DNA of 64,000 nt from Longimicrobiales bacterium (lineage in GTDB: Bacteria > Gemmatimonadota > Gemmatimonadetes > Longimicrobiales > Gaopeijiaceae). Each line of letters opens with the position of its first letter. Within the stretch, counting starts at the first letter, position 1. Below are positions 31,850 through 43,268 of this stretch, piece after piece. The notes under the pieces are model-generated. The model had not been told where the DNA came from. It saw only the letters and a list, made by a program, of their open reading frames with translations, and ran no database searches. The DNA is taken from NCBI GenBank assembly GCA_965203485.1, contig OZ241892.1, positions 2,272,001 to 2,336,000 of the forward strand. Reading direction: 5' to 3'. The position numbers and the translations under genes are program-made.

Positions 31850-32660
31850 CCGCTAGACGTTCTGCTTCGTACGCGGCTCCGTCTTCCGGGTAACCGGCGT
31901 CGCCGGGCTCTCCCACCGGATGCTAGAACGAGTTGGCCCGAGACAAGATCCAGGCCCATATGTTGGCAGAGTCCCCGGACCCGCCGTAGAGACGGTCCGG
32001 CGCGAGCGCGAAGGCCTATGTCTTCCCGAAGGGAAACCCACGGAACGAGAAGGTCCCGCCGCTCGCGCGCGCGAACAACTCGCTGCCCGGCAACGCCGCG
32101 ATGGTGTCCAGCAACACGGCCGACCGAGCCGAGCAACGAAGCGCCAGCAATGAATGTCGCTGACGCCCGTATCCCGCTCCATAGACCGAAGCGAGGTCAA
32201 GTCCGTTGGTAAGCACGAACGTGCCATCTCGCGGCATGCCGACGATCCGAACCAAGTGGCCGTAGGTGGGACGCGGCTCCAATGCGCGTGCCACGTCGCC
32301 GCTGGAGCTCAAGATCGTCCGCCGTTCGTTGCCCGTGTCCCAAAGCGCAACCGAGTCCGATCCGAGCGGCAGCACAAGCTGAATCTGACGGAAATCACCC
32401 GGTCCGTTCTCTCTCGGTCCACTGAATTCCTGACCCGTCCGCCCCGGTCGAAGAACGAGACGGTGGTGCGCTGCGCCACGATGATGCAGCCTCCGGCGAG
32501 CGACGAAGCTCTGCACGATGAGCACGCCCGCGCTGTCCGCAGCCACGAACCCGTCGCCTGGTCCGTCGGCGCCCTCGCAAGTTGCCGAGTGCGCCACCAA
32601 CAGGACGCTGGCCAGCAAGAAGTCGCCTCTCTCATCGGTTCACCCTCCAAGGCAAGAGCC
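31850..32660 (-). pseudogene. Degraded lipoprotein / 6-bladed beta-propeller-like gene
   Basis: DSAGVLIV, GPGDFRQI, DSVALWD motifs; broken frames; visibly lower GC. Confidence 0.5.
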
Positions 32661-32829
32661 ATGCTTGCAACAGGTCCCCGTCCGCGTCGTACAACTCGAC
32701 GGATTGGTGGCCGTCGGCGTTGGCATCCAATGCACCCAAAGTCAGCACTTGTCTCGTACTCAGGATCGTGAAGTCCACTAGCGCGCCTGGTAGCATGGGT
32801 CGCATTCGGCACGGACAACGGACATGATT

Positions 32830-33273
32830 TCAGGTGGCAACCCCGCTATGGCTTTCGGTCTCGTCGCGTGCGCCTGGACATGCGCGGTCCTTCGCCGCGA
32901 CGGCCCCAGCGTGCGACTTCGTCCAGGCGATCGTCCAACTCCAGCACCTGTCCGTCGTATCGTACACAAGCCATCCGCCCGGCACTCGCTCCGCCATGCT
33001 AGGACTGAAGGCGAGATTGATTGAGATTTCCTTGACGACGAGCGGAGAGCGATCCAAGGCACAAGCCGTGGTGAGTTCCTCGGGCATCGCCAGCATCTCC
33101 GCCGTGCCCCGAAACGAAGTAGGGAATTCGTCCTGCGCTCCGAGTTCGGTGCCTGGTGAAGCCGGGAGCACAGATCCAACGAGCACCGTCAATACAACTT
33201 GGGCGGCTTCGCGGATACGAGCGAACGGATTGCCAGTGCGACGCATCATCATTCCGGCGAGACCGGAAAACAC
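32830..33273 (-). CDS. Hypothetical secreted protein or remnant
   Basis: 147-aa ORF with signal-like segment and non-shadow composition. Confidence 0.35.
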   Translation of the reverse strand: MFSGLAGMMMRRTGNPFARIREAAQVVLTVLVGSVLPASPGTELGAQDEFPTSFRGTAEMLAMPEELTTACALDRSPLVVKEISINLAFSPSMAERVPGGWLVYDTTDRCWSWTIAWTKSHAGAVAAKDRACPGARDETESHSGVAT

Positions 33274-33870
33274 CTCGTGCGTTAACGCGAAAACAGTTCG
33301 GTTCGTCCATGGAAGACGGCCGCTCCGGCTCCTGCACGCCGCGTTCGGGCGTCGCCAACACGGGCACGAGCGGTGCGCTCACGGGAATCCAAAGGTGCAG
33401 GACAGCCCGACCATGCGCACCAGCGAGCCGACGTCGCCGGGGGCGCCGCGAGACGATCCGCCGGTCGGACGGCTCCCACTTCGGGCGCCGGGGCTAGGGC
33501 GAGCAAACAGCGCGCGCGGCTCTACGTTCCTCGTGGCACGTTCGCAGGCGCGACTCGTCCTGCAACTTGAAGAGCGCCCGCCTCGTCAGGCCGCGCTACC
33601 GTGCGCGGCTCAGCGTTGCCGCCTCACGCTCTCGGTCCGGCAACCGGTCTGGGGCCTTGTAGACGGCGTCCGGGCGTGGAGGAGCTCCAGGTCGACATCG
33701 AGACTGGGAAGACTCTCCATCGGTTCGGCGTTCCGAGCAGGTGGCGGCTACTACTTCCCTCGGCGCAACATAGTCCGGCTCCTGACGCCGAGCAAAGGAC
33801 CTGCGGGCCGCACTGTCGCGTTCGCTGGTTGGGTCGGAGGGCAGTCTCGTCGCCCGGTGCGGCGTTCCGT

Positions 33871-34173
33871 TCAGCGGGCGGTGGAATCGGCTTCGGGAAG
33901 CGGTTCCGAGATGCGGTACAGGAGTTCGCCGTCGCGGATGAATCCGTAGCGCTCGCGGGCCAAGCGCTCCAGCGCCTCGTCGTGGTTCTGGAGGGAATCT
34001 ATGCGCGCCCGCAACGAGTCGATCTCCCGCCGGGCCAGCGGCAGGCGTGTGCGTTGCGCCTCCAGGTCGGCGCGCGCGCGGCGGGCTTCGATCTCCGAGT
34101 ACTCGCCGCCCGCGACCGCGATGTACAGGGCCAGCGCGAGCGCGCACGGCAGAAACAGTCGTCTCACGGCCAC
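33871..34173 (-). CDS. ftsB: Septum formation initiator (FtsB/DivIC)
   Basis: TM + coiled coil, [16 protein letters not shown]; downstream of eno. Confidence 0.88.
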   Translation of the reverse strand: MAVRRLFLPCALALALYIAVAGGEYSEIEARRARADLEAQRTRLPLARREIDSLRARIDSLQNHDEALERLARERYGFIRDGELLYRISEPLPEADSTAR

Positions 34174-35441
34174 AGGCTCCTTCCCGGGTAGCGCGAGCGG
34201 GCTCCGAGCGCTTCCTCGATTCGCAACAGCTGGTTGTACTTGGCGACGCGATCCGTGCGGCTGGGCGCGCCCGTCTTGATTTGGCCTCCGCCGAGAGCCA
34301 CGGCCAAGTCTGCGATCAGCGTGTCCTCGGTCTCTCCCGACCGATGAGAGACGACGACGCCGAAGCCGGCTTCGCGGGCCGCGCGGGCCGCCTCGACCGC
34401 TTCAGTGAGCGTGCCCGCCTGGTTGACCTTGACGAGGATGGCGTTCGCGGCCCTCTCGCGGATGCAGCGATCCAGTCGCCCGCGGTTGGTCGCCAGCAAG
34501 TCGTCGCCCACGATCTGGCACCGCCCGCCCAGCTTCGCCGTCAGCGCCGCCCAGCCGTCCCAGTCGTCCTCCGCCAGCGGGTCCTCGATGCTCGCGATGG
34601 GGAAGCGGCGCGCCAGGGCATCCCAGAATTCGATCATCTCGTCGCGGTCCAGCGGCGGCCTCGAAGACTTGCGAAACTCGTAGCGCCCGCCTTGGAGCAG
34701 TTCGGAAGCGGCCGCGTCGATCGTCACCACCACGTCTTCTCCCGGCCGGTACCCCGCCTCGTCCGTCGCGGCGAGGATCGCCTCGATCGCCTCGGCGTCG
34801 GAACCCTGGTCCGGCGCGAACCCGCCCTCGTCGCCCACTGCCGTGCTCCGGCCCGCCCGCGCCAGCACCCGCTTAAGCGCGTGGAAGATCTCGGCGCCCA
34901 TGCGCAGCGCCGCTCCGAAGGTGTCCGCCCCCACCGGCATCACCATGAACTCCTGCACGTCGAGGTTGTTGGACGCGTGAGCGCCGCCGTTGAGGACGTT
35001 CATCATGGGGACGGGAAGCGTGCACGCTTCGGGGCCGCCGACGTGCTCGAAGAGCGGGACTCCTGCGTCCTCGGCGGCGGCGCGCGCAACGGCCACCGAG
35101 ACGGCGAGGATCGCGTTGGCGCCGAGGCGGCGCTTGGCCGCCGAGCCGTCGAGCTCGATCATCGCGGCGTCGATCCGGCTCTGCTCGTTCGCGTCCATGC
35201 CGCGCAGCGCGGGCAGGATCTCGTCGCGGACGTGGGCGACGGCTCTGCGCACGCCGCGCCCGCCGTAGCGCCGGGGGTCGCCGTCGCGAAGCTCCACGGC
35301 CTCGTGGGCACCGGTGGACGCGCCGCTCGGGACGGAAGCGCGCGCCCGCGAGCCGGTGTCGAGCACGACTTCGGCTTCGACGGTTGGGTTGCCGCGCGAA
35401 TCGAGGATTTCGCGCGCGGTCATGTCGGCGACGGCGGGCAC
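34164..35441 (-). CDS. eno: Enolase
   Basis: [39 protein letters not shown]. Confidence 0.97.
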   Translation of the reverse strand: MPAVADMTAREILDSRGNPTVEAEVVLDTGSRARASVPSGASTGAHEAVELRDGDPRRYGGRGVRRAVAHVRDEILPALRGMDANEQSRIDAAMIELDGSAAKRRLGANAILAVSVAVARAAAEDAGVPLFEHVGGPEACTLPVPMMNVLNGGAHASNNLDVQEFMVMPVGADTFGAALRMGAEIFHALKRVLARAGRSTAVGDEGGFAPDQGSDAEAIEAILAATDEAGYRPGEDVVVTIDAAASELLQGGRYEFRKSSRPPLDRDEMIEFWDALARRFPIASIEDPLAEDDWDGWAALTAKLGGRCQIVGDDLLATNRGRLDRCIRERAANAILVKVNQAGTLTEAVEAARAAREAGFGVVVSHRSGETEDTLIADLAVALGGGQIKTGAPSRTDRVAKYNQLLRIEEALGARSRYPGRSLWP

Positions 35442-35460
35442 GTGGACGCGCCGTGCCGGC

Positions 35461-36297
35461 TCAGCGGCCGCCCGCTGGTGAGAGCCCGGCCCCGGACGCG
35501 GGAGACGCCGCCGCGGGCTCGGGGATGGTTGCCGGGCGTTCGGCCGACCTGACGACGCCGGTGTCCGGTTCGGCGGCGTCCGCGCAGGAGTCGGCCCCGA
35601 GCAGCTCGGCGACCGAATCCCGCGCCCTTCGGGCCAGGGCCTGGCGGTCCGAGCGGCGGAGCCCCGTCGTGGAAATGGGCTCGCCGACGCGGACTTGGAC
35701 CCGGCCGCGCCGGATCGCCCAGCTGCCCTTCGGCATGACGCGGCGCGTTCCGACGAGCGCGACCGGCACGACAGGGACCTGGGCCTTGATGGCGATCAGG
35801 AACGCACCCGTCTTGAAGTCGCCCATGCGATCCGAGTCGGAGCGCGTGCCCTCGGGGAACACCACGACCGTCGCCGTGTCGGCGGCGATCCGCTTCCCCA
35901 CTTTTCCGAGGGCGGCGGCGGCGGCCTTGCCGTCGCTCCGGTCCACCGCGTAGTGGCCGATCTTCTGCCACGCGGCGCCGAAGACGGGGATGCGCGTGAG
36001 CTCCTTCTTGCCGACGATGCTGTACTTGACCGGCAGCGTGGCGGCCAGCACGAAGATGTCGAACCAGCTCGCGTGGTTGGCCACGAGGATCTGCGCTCGC
36101 TCGCGGAGCCTGTCGGAGTTGGCCCACTTCACGCGCACGTCGGCGGCGCGCAGGATCGCGGCGCCCCAGCGGGTCGGTCCCGCTTGCGCGTAGGACTCCA
36201 GCGTCCTCGGCCGCAACGCCGCGCGCACGATGACCATGACGCTCACCCGCGCCGTCCAGAAGGCTCCGACGAGGTAGGTGCGGAGGGCCCGCGTCAC
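35461..36297 (-). CDS. plsC: 1-acyl-sn-glycerol-3-phosphate acyltransferase
   Basis: NHASWFD, FPEGTRS. Confidence 0.9.
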   Translation of the reverse strand: MTRALRTYLVGAFWTARVSVMVIVRAALRPRTLESYAQAGPTRWGAAILRAADVRVKWANSDRLRERAQILVANHASWFDIFVLAATLPVKYSIVGKKELTRIPVFGAAWQKIGHYAVDRSDGKAAAAALGKVGKRIAADTATVVVFPEGTRSDSDRMGDFKTGAFLIAIKAQVPVVPVALVGTRRVMPKGSWAIRRGRVQVRVGEPISTTGLRRSDRQALARRARDSVAELLGADSCADAAEPDTGVVRSAERPATIPEPAAASPASGAGLSPAGGR

Positions 36298-37370
36298 GTC
36301 CCGCCCTCCGAGGACTCCGAGTCTCCCCGAGCGGCAACCGGAACGACCGAGACGGACGAGGCGAAGTGATCGTGTCCGCCGGGGTCGTCGATGGTCCGCC
36401 GAATTCCGTTGCCCTCCATGACGACGCCCTCTCCACGCTCGACGAGGCCGATCCGGTTAAGCGGCACCGACAGCGCCCGCGAAAGCGGCGGAAGGCGCGA
36501 TTCCGCGCCGACGGGCACAGTAAACATCAGTTCATAATCTTCGCCCCCTCGCAGGGCGGAATTCAAGTCGGCGCCGGCGGACGAGTCCACCGGCACGCGC
36601 GCCTCTTCGACGCACAGGCGCGCCCCGGACCGCTCCGCGACTTGGCCGGCGTCCGCCAGGAGACCGTCCGAGAGATCGACGAGCGCGGTGGCCAAGCCTT
36701 CCGACGCCAAGGCCCGGCCGAGCGGAACGCGGTCGGGCGGAGCGGCGAACCGAGAACGGGCCGCAGGGAGGGGCTCGCGGTTTCGGTCCCAAGCGGCCAC
36801 GGCCGCAGCCGCGCCGCCCAGCGATCCCGAGACCCAAAGCGAGTCGCCCGGCCGGGCGCCGCTGCGCTCGATCGGCCGTGCTGCTCGGCCCAACGCCGCC
36901 ACGTCCACCACAAGCGGTCCCGGCGACCGCGAGACGTCCCCGCCGGCGATGGGAACGCCCACGCGGTCGCCCGCGGCCGCGGCGCCCCGCTGCACGCGCT
37001 CGGCAACCCCGAACGCCGCCGCGGTTCCGGCGGTGGCGTCCGTCCCGCTGGTTCCGCCTCCGCTCGCGGCCAACGCAATCGAGACCAGGAGGCACGCGGG
37101 CTCGGCTCCCATGGCCGCGATGTCGCTCAGCGCGGCGGCCGCCGCCCGGAAGCCGACCTCCTGCGCCGAGATCCAGCCAAGGCGAAAGTGCACCCCTTCA
37201 ACGCTCATGTCCGTGCTGGCGACCAAGCCGCCCCGAAGCACGGCCGCGTCGTCGCCCGGTCCCAAGAGCACGCCTCGGTGGCCCTTCCAACCGATTGCCG
37301 CGAGCCGGCGCACCAACGCGCGTTCGCTGAGGGCTCCGGCCGGCAGGGCCGCCGCCGCGCCGTCCCTCAT
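36294..37370 (-). CDS. thiL: Thiamine-phosphate kinase
   Basis: GPGDDAA, EGVHF, SDIAAMG, DLSDGL, GGEDYEL. Confidence 0.93.
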   Translation of the reverse strand: MRDGAAAALPAGALSERALVRRLAAIGWKGHRGVLLGPGDDAAVLRGGLVASTDMSVEGVHFRLGWISAQEVGFRAAAAALSDIAAMGAEPACLLVSIALAASGGGTSGTDATAGTAAAFGVAERVQRGAAAAGDRVGVPIAGGDVSRSPGPLVVDVAALGRAARPIERSGARPGDSLWVSGSLGGAAAAVAAWDRNREPLPAARSRFAAPPDRVPLGRALASEGLATALVDLSDGLLADAGQVAERSGARLCVEEARVPVDSSAGADLNSALRGGEDYELMFTVPVGAESRLPPLSRALSVPLNRIGLVERGEGVVMEGNGIRRTIDDPGGHDHFASSVSVVPVAARGDSESSEGGT

Positions 37371-38956
37371 CGCGGTGCGAACTGGTCGAAGACGACGAAG
37401 GGAAACGGCAACCTTTCCGGCCCCGGCCCCCGCTCCGCCAGCGCCGCGGGCAACGCCTCCACGACGTCGGAGGGCGAGAGCGACGGGCCGAGGCTCAAGG
37501 CCGCGGCCGCCCGATCCGTCGCTCCCAGAGCCAGTCCCGCCGCCTCGAACGCGGGCACGCCCTGGGCGAGAAACGCGCCCACCGCGCCGGCGAGCACGTC
37601 CCCCATCCCGGCCACCGCCAAGTCCGACGGCGCCTCGCAGGTGGAGACCAGCAGGCCCCCGCCGGGGTCGGCCACCAGGGTGGGAGCCCCCTTGAGCAGC
37701 ACGACGACCCGAGCCGACTCCGCCAGCGAGCGCGCCGCGCCGACCCGGTCGCGCTGCACCTCGGCCACGCTCGCGCCGGCCAGCCGCGCCATTTCGCCGG
37801 GGTGCGGCGTGATCACGATTTCGCCGCCGCCGGCCCCGCGGAGCGTCGCGAGCCCATCCGCCGGGCCCGCCGCCGCGGCCAGCGTGAGCGCGTCCGCGTC
37901 CAGCACGGCCGGCCGGCTCCCGCGGGCCCGCATCGCCCACTCCAACTCGCGCGCCGCCCGCGGTCCCGTGCCCAGCCCGGGCCCAGCCGCGAGCGCCGCG
38001 CTGGCCTCGGCCGCATCCGCCACCGCCCTCTCGTCCTCGGCCGCCACGAAGATCGCCTCCGGCAGGGCCGCGACCAGCTCCGCGCCCGGCGGAGCCGCGC
38101 AGACCCGCACCAGGCCCGCGCCGCACCGAAACGCGCTGCGGGCCGCCAGCGCCGCCGCGCCCGGCATCGCCGAGCCGGCCACGACAGCGAGCGCGCCCAC
38201 CTCGGTCTTGTGCGTGGCGGCCGGGCGGCTCGGCAACCGCTGCGAGACCCAACCGGGCGTGACGAGCCGCGCCCATTCGCGGTCCGGCGGCGGCAAGCCG
38301 ATCTCGACCGCCACGATACGCCCGCACCAAGCCCGCGCGGGCCGCAGCAGCGTCCCCAGCTTCGGGCCGCCGAACGCCACGGTCACCTCGGCCGAGATGC
38401 TCGTTCCCGGCAGGGCGCCCGTGTTCCCGTCCACGCCGGACGGCGCGTCCAGCGCCACAACGGGGGCAGGCGCGTCGTTGGCGGCCTCTATCGCGTGGGC
38501 GAACGGACCCCGCGGAGCGCCCCGCGCGCCCGTGCCCAGCAGTCCGTCCACGATCACCGAGGCGCCGGAAAGCATGCGAGCCAAGTCCTCCTCGGCCTCC
38601 GGCTTGTCCGCTTCGAAGACGGTCCGGGGCAAGTCCCATGCGTGGAGCGGCGGGTCCGGCTCGGCTCGGCGCCCCACGACGACCGCGGCCACTTCCCGCC
38701 CCCACGCCGCCAGCGAACGAAGACAAACCAGCGCGTCGCCGCCGTTGTTGCCGCCGCCGGCCAGCCCGACGACTCGCCCTTCGGGATAGAGGCGCTGCAC
38801 GAGAAGCGCCGCCTGGCGGCCCGCGTTTTCCATGAGGGCCGGACCCGGCACGGCGCGATCGCGGATCGCGTCGTCGTCGAAGCGCGCCGCCTGATCAGCT
38901 GTCGGGGCTGCCGCTCCGGGCCTTCCGAACGCCCCCCGGGGGCTGTCCGGGCCCAC
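37367..38956 (-). CDS. nnr: Bifunctional NAD(P)H-hydrate epimerase/dehydratase
   Basis: LMENAG, GNNGGD, DGLLGTG, DAPSG, GPGLG, LDADAL, TPHPGE, AGMGDVL. Confidence 0.92.
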   Translation of the reverse strand: MGPDSPRGAFGRPGAAAPTADQAARFDDDAIRDRAVPGPALMENAGRQAALLVQRLYPEGRVVGLAGGGNNGGDALVCLRSLAAWGREVAAVVVGRRAEPDPPLHAWDLPRTVFEADKPEAEEDLARMLSGASVIVDGLLGTGARGAPRGPFAHAIEAANDAPAPVVALDAPSGVDGNTGALPGTSISAEVTVAFGGPKLGTLLRPARAWCGRIVAVEIGLPPPDREWARLVTPGWVSQRLPSRPAATHKTEVGALAVVAGSAMPGAAALAARSAFRCGAGLVRVCAAPPGAELVAALPEAIFVAAEDERAVADAAEASAALAAGPGLGTGPRAARELEWAMRARGSRPAVLDADALTLAAAAGPADGLATLRGAGGGEIVITPHPGEMARLAGASVAEVQRDRVGAARSLAESARVVVLLKGAPTLVADPGGGLLVSTCEAPSDLAVAGMGDVLAGAVGAFLAQGVPAFEAAGLALGATDRAAAALSLGPSLSPSDVVEALPAALAERGPGPERLPFPFVVFDQFAPR

Positions 38957-38958
38957 CG

Positions 38959-39159
38959 CTACTTGGCGCTCTGTCCGATCGAACGGCCGAAGGTGATCTC
39001 GCCGTTGTCGATGCGGATGTTGAATCCGCAGTCGGGGTGGGAGCAGACCCACGCCTTGTAGCGAATGGCCGCGCCCTGCCGCCCGTAGTCCGAGAGCGGC
39101 AACATGACTCCTTCGTTGCACTTTCTGCAGGCGGTCAAGCTCGCTTCGGCCGTGTTCAT
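38959..39159 (-). CDS. Small zinc-ribbon-like protein
   Basis: 66 aa, CRKC and CSHPDC motifs. Confidence 0.7.
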   Translation of the reverse strand: MNTAEASLTACRKCNEGVMLPLSDYGRQGAAIRYKAWVCSHPDCGFNIRIDNGEITFGRSIGQSAK

Positions 39160-39172
39160 CCGATCGCCCCCG

Positions 39173-39553
39173 TCACGTAGCCACGGTCCATGGATAGTTG
39201 CGGTCGAAGACCTCCTCGAAGTCGAACAGGTCCTTGAAGTCGTCCGGGCAGTCTTCGTCCCGCTTGACGAGCACGCCCACATCCACCAGCGCGAAGACCA
39301 TCCGGCCCAGATCGTCGGTGGAGTGGATCCCCCAATGCTCCAGCACCGCCCTGGCCAGCGGACCGTAGCGCCGCATCGCCAAGCTGCGCGCGCCGTCGAC
39401 CAGCTCCTGGCCGGACACATGGCGTCTCGCGCCCACCCCACCGCGGACCACGTGCAAAGCCTCGATCACGAAGCCGTAGGCATCGTCGTGATAGCGCGGA
39501 TGCCGCCGCCGAAGTCGTTCCAGCATCTCTTCGAAGGTCCGAGGTGGGCTCAT
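39173..39553 (-). CDS. Minf_1886 family protein
   Basis: [36 protein letters not shown]. Confidence 0.75.
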   Translation of the reverse strand: MSPPRTFEEMLERLRRRHPRYHDDAYGFVIEALHVVRGGVGARRHVSGQELVDGARSLAMRRYGPLARAVLEHWGIHSTDDLGRMVFALVDVGVLVKRDEDCPDDFKDLFDFEEVFDRNYPWTVAT

Positions 39554-40875
39554 GACGCCCCAATCTTGCACGCCGTCGCGGATTGCGCCAGTTCGGCCGC
39601 GCCGGACCGCGCGTCAGGGGAGGCCGCTTCGGCGGCCGTTTCGCGAAACAGCGGGAAGGCCGCGCACAGCTCGGTCGTCGCGTCGCGCACGCGCGCGATT
39701 TGGGCTTCGTCGCCGGGCCGCTCCAGCACGTCGGCGATCCACGTGCCTACGAGCTCCATCTCGGCCGGCCCCATGCCGCGCGTGGCGAGCGCGGGCGTGC
39801 CGATGCGCAGGCCGGACGTGACGAACGGCGACCGCGTCTCGCCGGGCACCGTGTTCTTGTTCGCCGTGACGCCGGCCCGCTCGAGGCTCTCCTCCGCGTC
39901 CTTGCCGGTGAGATCGCGGTCGCGCAGGTCCACGAGAACCAAGTGCGTGTCGGTGCCGCCGGACACGAGCGGCACGCCGCGCTCGGTCAACGTTCGCGCC
40001 AGTGCGCGGGCGTTCTCCACGACGCGGGCGGCGTAGGCGCGAAACGACGGGCGCGACGCCTCGCCGAAGGCCACCGCCTTGGCCGCGACGACGTGCATGA
40101 GCGGCCCTCCCTGCACGCACGGAAACACCGCGCGATCGACCGACCCGGCCAGCTCCGCCCGGCACATGACGAGTCCTCCGCGCGGCCCGCGCAACGTCTT
40201 GTGGGTCGTCGTGGTGACCACCGGCGCGTGCGGGACGGGGTTGGGGTGCTGTCCGCCCGCCACCAAGCCCGCGATGTGCGCGATGTCGGCGACCAGAACC
40301 GCGCCGGCCTCCTCGGCGATGCGGCCGAACGCCTCGAAGTCGAGCGTCCGAGGATAGGCGGTGGCGCCGGCCACGATCACCTGCGGGCGCGTCCGCAGGG
40401 CCCGGTCGCGCAACTCGTCGTAGTCGAGTCGCCCGTCTTCGGTGCGCACGCCGTAGGCGGCGAAGTCGTAAAGCTGCCCGCTGAAGTTGACGGGCGACCC
40501 GTGCGTCAAGTGGCCGCCGTGGCTGAGGTCCATCCCCAGCACGCGGTCGCCCGGCTTCAGAAGCGCGAAGTAGGCCGCCATGTTGGCCTGCGCCCCCGAA
40601 TGAGGCTGGACGTTGGCGTGCTCCGCCCCGAAGAGCTCCTTCGCGCGGGTTCGGGCCGTCTCTTCGACGGCGTCGGCGACCCCGCAACCGCCGTAGTAGC
40701 GGCGGCCGGGCAGTCCTTCGGCGTACTTATGCGTGAAGACCGTTCCCAGCGCTTCTCTCACCGCGGGGGACGCGAAGTTCTCGCTTGCGATCATCGTCAG
40801 GCCCGCTCGCTGCCTGCGCTCCTCCTCGCGCACCGCCTCGTACACCAGCGCGTCTTCCGTCTTGAGGTGGTCCAT
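39550..40875 (-). CDS. glyA: Serine hydroxymethyltransferase
   Basis: [42 protein letters not shown]. Confidence 0.97.
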   Translation of the reverse strand: MDHLKTEDALVYEAVREEERRQRAGLTMIASENFASPAVREALGTVFTHKYAEGLPGRRYYGGCGVADAVEETARTRAKELFGAEHANVQPHSGAQANMAAYFALLKPGDRVLGMDLSHGGHLTHGSPVNFSGQLYDFAAYGVRTEDGRLDYDELRDRALRTRPQVIVAGATAYPRTLDFEAFGRIAEEAGAVLVADIAHIAGLVAGGQHPNPVPHAPVVTTTTHKTLRGPRGGLVMCRAELAGSVDRAVFPCVQGGPLMHVVAAKAVAFGEASRPSFRAYAARVVENARALARTLTERGVPLVSGGTDTHLVLVDLRDRDLTGKDAEESLERAGVTANKNTVPGETRSPFVTSGLRIGTPALATRGMGPAEMELVGTWIADVLERPGDEAQIARVRDATTELCAAFPLFRETAAEAASPDARSGAAELAQSATACKIGAS

Positions 40876-42013
40876 TCGGCTCCTGGCTCCCGTTCTCGCC
40901 CGCGCCGTCGTCTTCGGTCGCCGGCTTTCGAACGCGGCCGGCCTCCAAGAGCCGGGCCCGCCCCAAGCGGTCGGCCGCGAGGCTCGTGGCCACGTCCTGG
41001 TTCTTGGACAGCTGGAAGATACGCAGAAGAGTGTCGAAGATCTCCGCGACCTTCTGCTTGCCCTGGTCGGCGTCCCATCCTTGGAGTTCGCCGTAGACGT
41101 TGACCAGGCCGCCGGCGTTGATGACGTAGTCCGGGGCATAGAGAATCTCGCGGGCGTGCAGCACCTCGCCGTGGTGGCTCTCGGCGAGCTGGTTGTTGGC
41201 CGCGCCCGCGATGATGTCCACGGCGAGCACGCGCAACGTGTGGTCGTTGACGACCGATCCCAGCGCGCAGGGCGCGAAGATGTCCGCCTTGACGGCGTAG
41301 ATCTCGTCCGGCGCCACAGTCTCCGCTTGCGGCAGCTGGCGCGCCACGTCGTTCACTTTGTCGGGGCGGATGTCGGTGACCACGAGCCGCGCGCCCGCAT
41401 CGGCCAAGTAGCGGCACAGATGCCGTCCGACGTTGCCGAGCCCCTGCACGGCCACGCGCTTGTCCTCCAGCGACTCGCTGCCGTAGCGCTCCATGGCGCA
41501 CGCCTTCATTCCGACGAAGACTCCGTACGCGGTGACGGGCGACGGATCGCCGGACCGGCCCAGGAGTCCCACGACGTGCTCCGTCTGCTCGCGGACGTAC
41601 TCCATGTCGTGCACGGACGTCCCCACGTCCTCCGCCGTGATGTAGCGCCCTCCCAGCGACTCGACGGCTCGCCCGTGGGCGCGGAAGAGCTCCCTGCGGT
41701 CGATCACGCGGTTGTCGCCGATGATCACCGACTTGCCGCCGCCCAGGTCGACCCCGCAGATCGCCGCCTTGTACGTCATCCCGCGGGACAGGCGCAAGGC
41801 GTCGACGATCGCGTCCGCGTCCGCGTCGTAGTTCCAGAAGCGCGTGCCGCCCAACGCCGGGCCCAACATCGTGTTGTGGATGGCGATGATGCCCCGGTAG
41901 CCGCACGCCGGCTCGCTCCACAGAGCCAGCTGCTCGTGGCGAAACTGCGTCATGAGCCCGAACAGGCCCGTCTCCGCCGCGGCCTCGGCCGCGGAAGTCA
42001 CTGCTACGTTCAT
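40727..42013 (-). CDS. Leu/Val/Phe dehydrogenase
   Basis: [47 protein letters not shown]. Confidence 0.92.
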   Translation of the reverse strand: MNVAVTSAAEAAAETGLFGLMTQFRHEQLALWSEPACGYRGIIAIHNTMLGPALGGTRFWNYDADADAIVDALRLSRGMTYKAAICGVDLGGGKSVIIGDNRVIDRRELFRAHGRAVESLGGRYITAEDVGTSVHDMEYVREQTEHVVGLLGRSGDPSPVTAYGVFVGMKACAMERYGSESLEDKRVAVQGLGNVGRHLCRYLADAGARLVVTDIRPDKVNDVARQLPQAETVAPDEIYAVKADIFAPCALGSVVNDHTLRVLAVDIIAGAANNQLAESHHGEVLHAREILYAPDYVINAGGLVNVYGELQGWDADQGKQKVAEIFDTLLRIFQLSKNQDVATSLAADRLGRARLLEAGRVRKPATEDDGAGENGSQEPNGPPQDGRRAGVRGGARGGAQAASGPDDDRKRELRVPRGERSAGNGLHA

Positions 42014-42050
42014 GCCGCTGCTCTCCATTGCCCCAAGACAAGGGCGGTTG

Positions 42051-43232
42051 TCAAGTCTCTTCTTCGCCGTCGCGTTCGATCAGGCTCCGTCCGATCACGA
42101 GCCTCATCGTCTCGCTGGTGCCTTCGAAGATCTCGGTTCCCTTGGCGTCTCTCATCAGCTTCTCCACGGGAAACTCCTTCATGTAGCCGTTGCCTCCCAG
42201 CACGTGCACGGCCTGCTCGGCGACCCAAGCGGCCGTGTCGCTGGCCACCAGCTTCGCCATCGCGGCGCGGGCCGCGCGGTCCCGACGCGCCGCGGCGCCG
42301 CCCTCGCAACGCCACCGCCGGGCGGCGTCCATTACCAGCGCGCGGGACGCCGCCGTTCGCGCCGCCATCCAAGCCAGCTTGGCCCGCACTGCGCCGAACT
42401 TGGCCAGCGCGCGGCCGAACTGCCGCCGCCCGATCGCGTACGCCGTGGCATGCTCCATCGCCGCCTGCGCGATGCCCACGGCCTGCGCGCCGATCCCCAA
42501 CCGCCCCAGGTCGAGCGCGCCCAGCACGCCGTCCGCGCCGCCGTCCGGATCGCCCAGCACGCGGCCGGGACCGAGCCGCACGCCGTCCAGGCGTAACGGC
42601 GCCGTGCCCGACGCCCGGTACCCCATTGTGGCCTCGCGCCGCCCGAGACGGCAACCCTCCGCCGCCGCATCCACCAAGAAAGCGGCCACGCGGGCTCGCG
42701 CGCCGGGCGCCTCCGTTCGCGCCAAGACCGCCACGACGCCGGCCGCGGCGCCTCCCGCCACCCACGGCTCCGTGCCGGAGAGCGTCCAGCCGCCGTCGTC
42801 CCCGCGGCGCGCCGCCGTGCTCAGGCCGGACGCGTCCGCCTCGTCGATCGCGGCGCCGTCCTCGGGCAACGCGAACGCGGCCGAGATCTCGCCCGCCGCG
42901 AGCCGGGGCAACCACCGCTCCCTCTGCTCCTCGGTGCCCAGCTCCAGGAGCAGGTGCGGGACCGGCCCGTTCTGGATCGCGACGACCAGCGCCACCGAAG
43001 CGTCCGCGCGCGCGATCTCCTCGAGGGCGACCAAGTACGTGGGCACGTCCAGCCCGAGGCCGCCGTACTGCTCCGGGACGAGCATGCCGAGGAAGCCGAG
43101 CGCGGCGAGCTGGTCGAGCACTGTCCGGTCGAAGGCCCGGTCGCGATCCCATGCCGCGGCCCGCGGAGCGATTTCCTGCTCGGCGAAGTCGCGGGCCAGC
43201 CGCTGCACGTCGCGCTGCTCGGCGGTCAGCAC
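42051..43232 (-). CDS. Acyl-CoA dehydrogenase
   Basis: PEQYGGLG, GRLGIGAQAVG, RRQFG, GGNGY, IFEGTSE. Confidence 0.92.
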   Translation of the reverse strand: MLTAEQRDVQRLARDFAEQEIAPRAAAWDRDRAFDRTVLDQLAALGFLGMLVPEQYGGLGLDVPTYLVALEEIARADASVALVVAIQNGPVPHLLLELGTEEQRERWLPRLAAGEISAAFALPEDGAAIDEADASGLSTAARRGDDGGWTLSGTEPWVAGGAAAGVVAVLARTEAPGARARVAAFLVDAAAEGCRLGRREATMGYRASGTAPLRLDGVRLGPGRVLGDPDGGADGVLGALDLGRLGIGAQAVGIAQAAMEHATAYAIGRRQFGRALAKFGAVRAKLAWMAARTAASRALVMDAARRWRCEGGAAARRDRAARAAMAKLVASDTAAWVAEQAVHVLGGNGYMKEFPVEKLMRDAKGTEIFEGTSETMRLVIGRSLIERDGEEET

Positions 43233-43268
43233 GACGCGCCCGTCCGCCAGCCGTGAAGCGGGCCCGCG

